From Octopus bimaculoides (taxonomy: Eukaryota): DNA of 64,000 nucleotides. A model generated the notes under the pieces. The model saw only the letters and a program-made list of their open reading frames with translations, was not told where the DNA came from and made no database searches. The position numbers and the translations under genes were made by a program. The stretch spans positions 57,117,171 to 57,181,170 of the forward strand of contig NC_068989.1 of assembly GCF_001194135.2 (NCBI RefSeq). The letters are read 5' to 3'. Positions 63,948 through 64,000 of this stretch are shown piece by piece; position 1 is the stretch's first letter, and each line of letters opens with the position of its first letter.

Positions 63948-64000
<53 letters not shown>

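Overview
Eukaryotic, AT-rich, repeat-dense genomic DNA from a draft assembly, with 12 N-gaps totalling about 3.7 kb, most of them bordered by microsatellites. The dispersed tRNA-headed SINE families and very high microsatellite load suggest an octopus (coleoid cephalopod); this is inferred from recognition, not from a search. I found no confidently identifiable host protein-coding exon, rRNA, true tRNA or CRISPR array, so the window looks intergenic or intronic. The long ORFs in the track are microsatellite or N-gap artefacts. Recognisable content is decayed mobile DNA: a Tx1/L1-clade LINE (33.2-36.0 kb), a HERO/NeSL-like retrotransposon with a restriction-like endonuclease (21.5-22.9 kb, plus a duplicated piece), a CR1-like 3' end, Penelope-like fragments, four mariner relics and a mariner MITE, a hAT transposase relic and a hAT MITE with target-site duplication, two unclassified inverted-repeat elements, and about 20 SINE copies. 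The most notable observations are (i) three degenerate minimal hammerhead-ribozyme motifs of Penelope type, one inside a tRNA-headed SINE-like element; (ii) a 487-bp, about 94% identical fold-back palindrome at 46736-47222; (iii) an inverted-repeat element whose arms each carry an octamer plus CCAAT motif; and (iv) many closely spaced inverted SINE pairs that would form dsRNA if transcribed. None of these is demonstrated to be a new biological system; they are testable leads.
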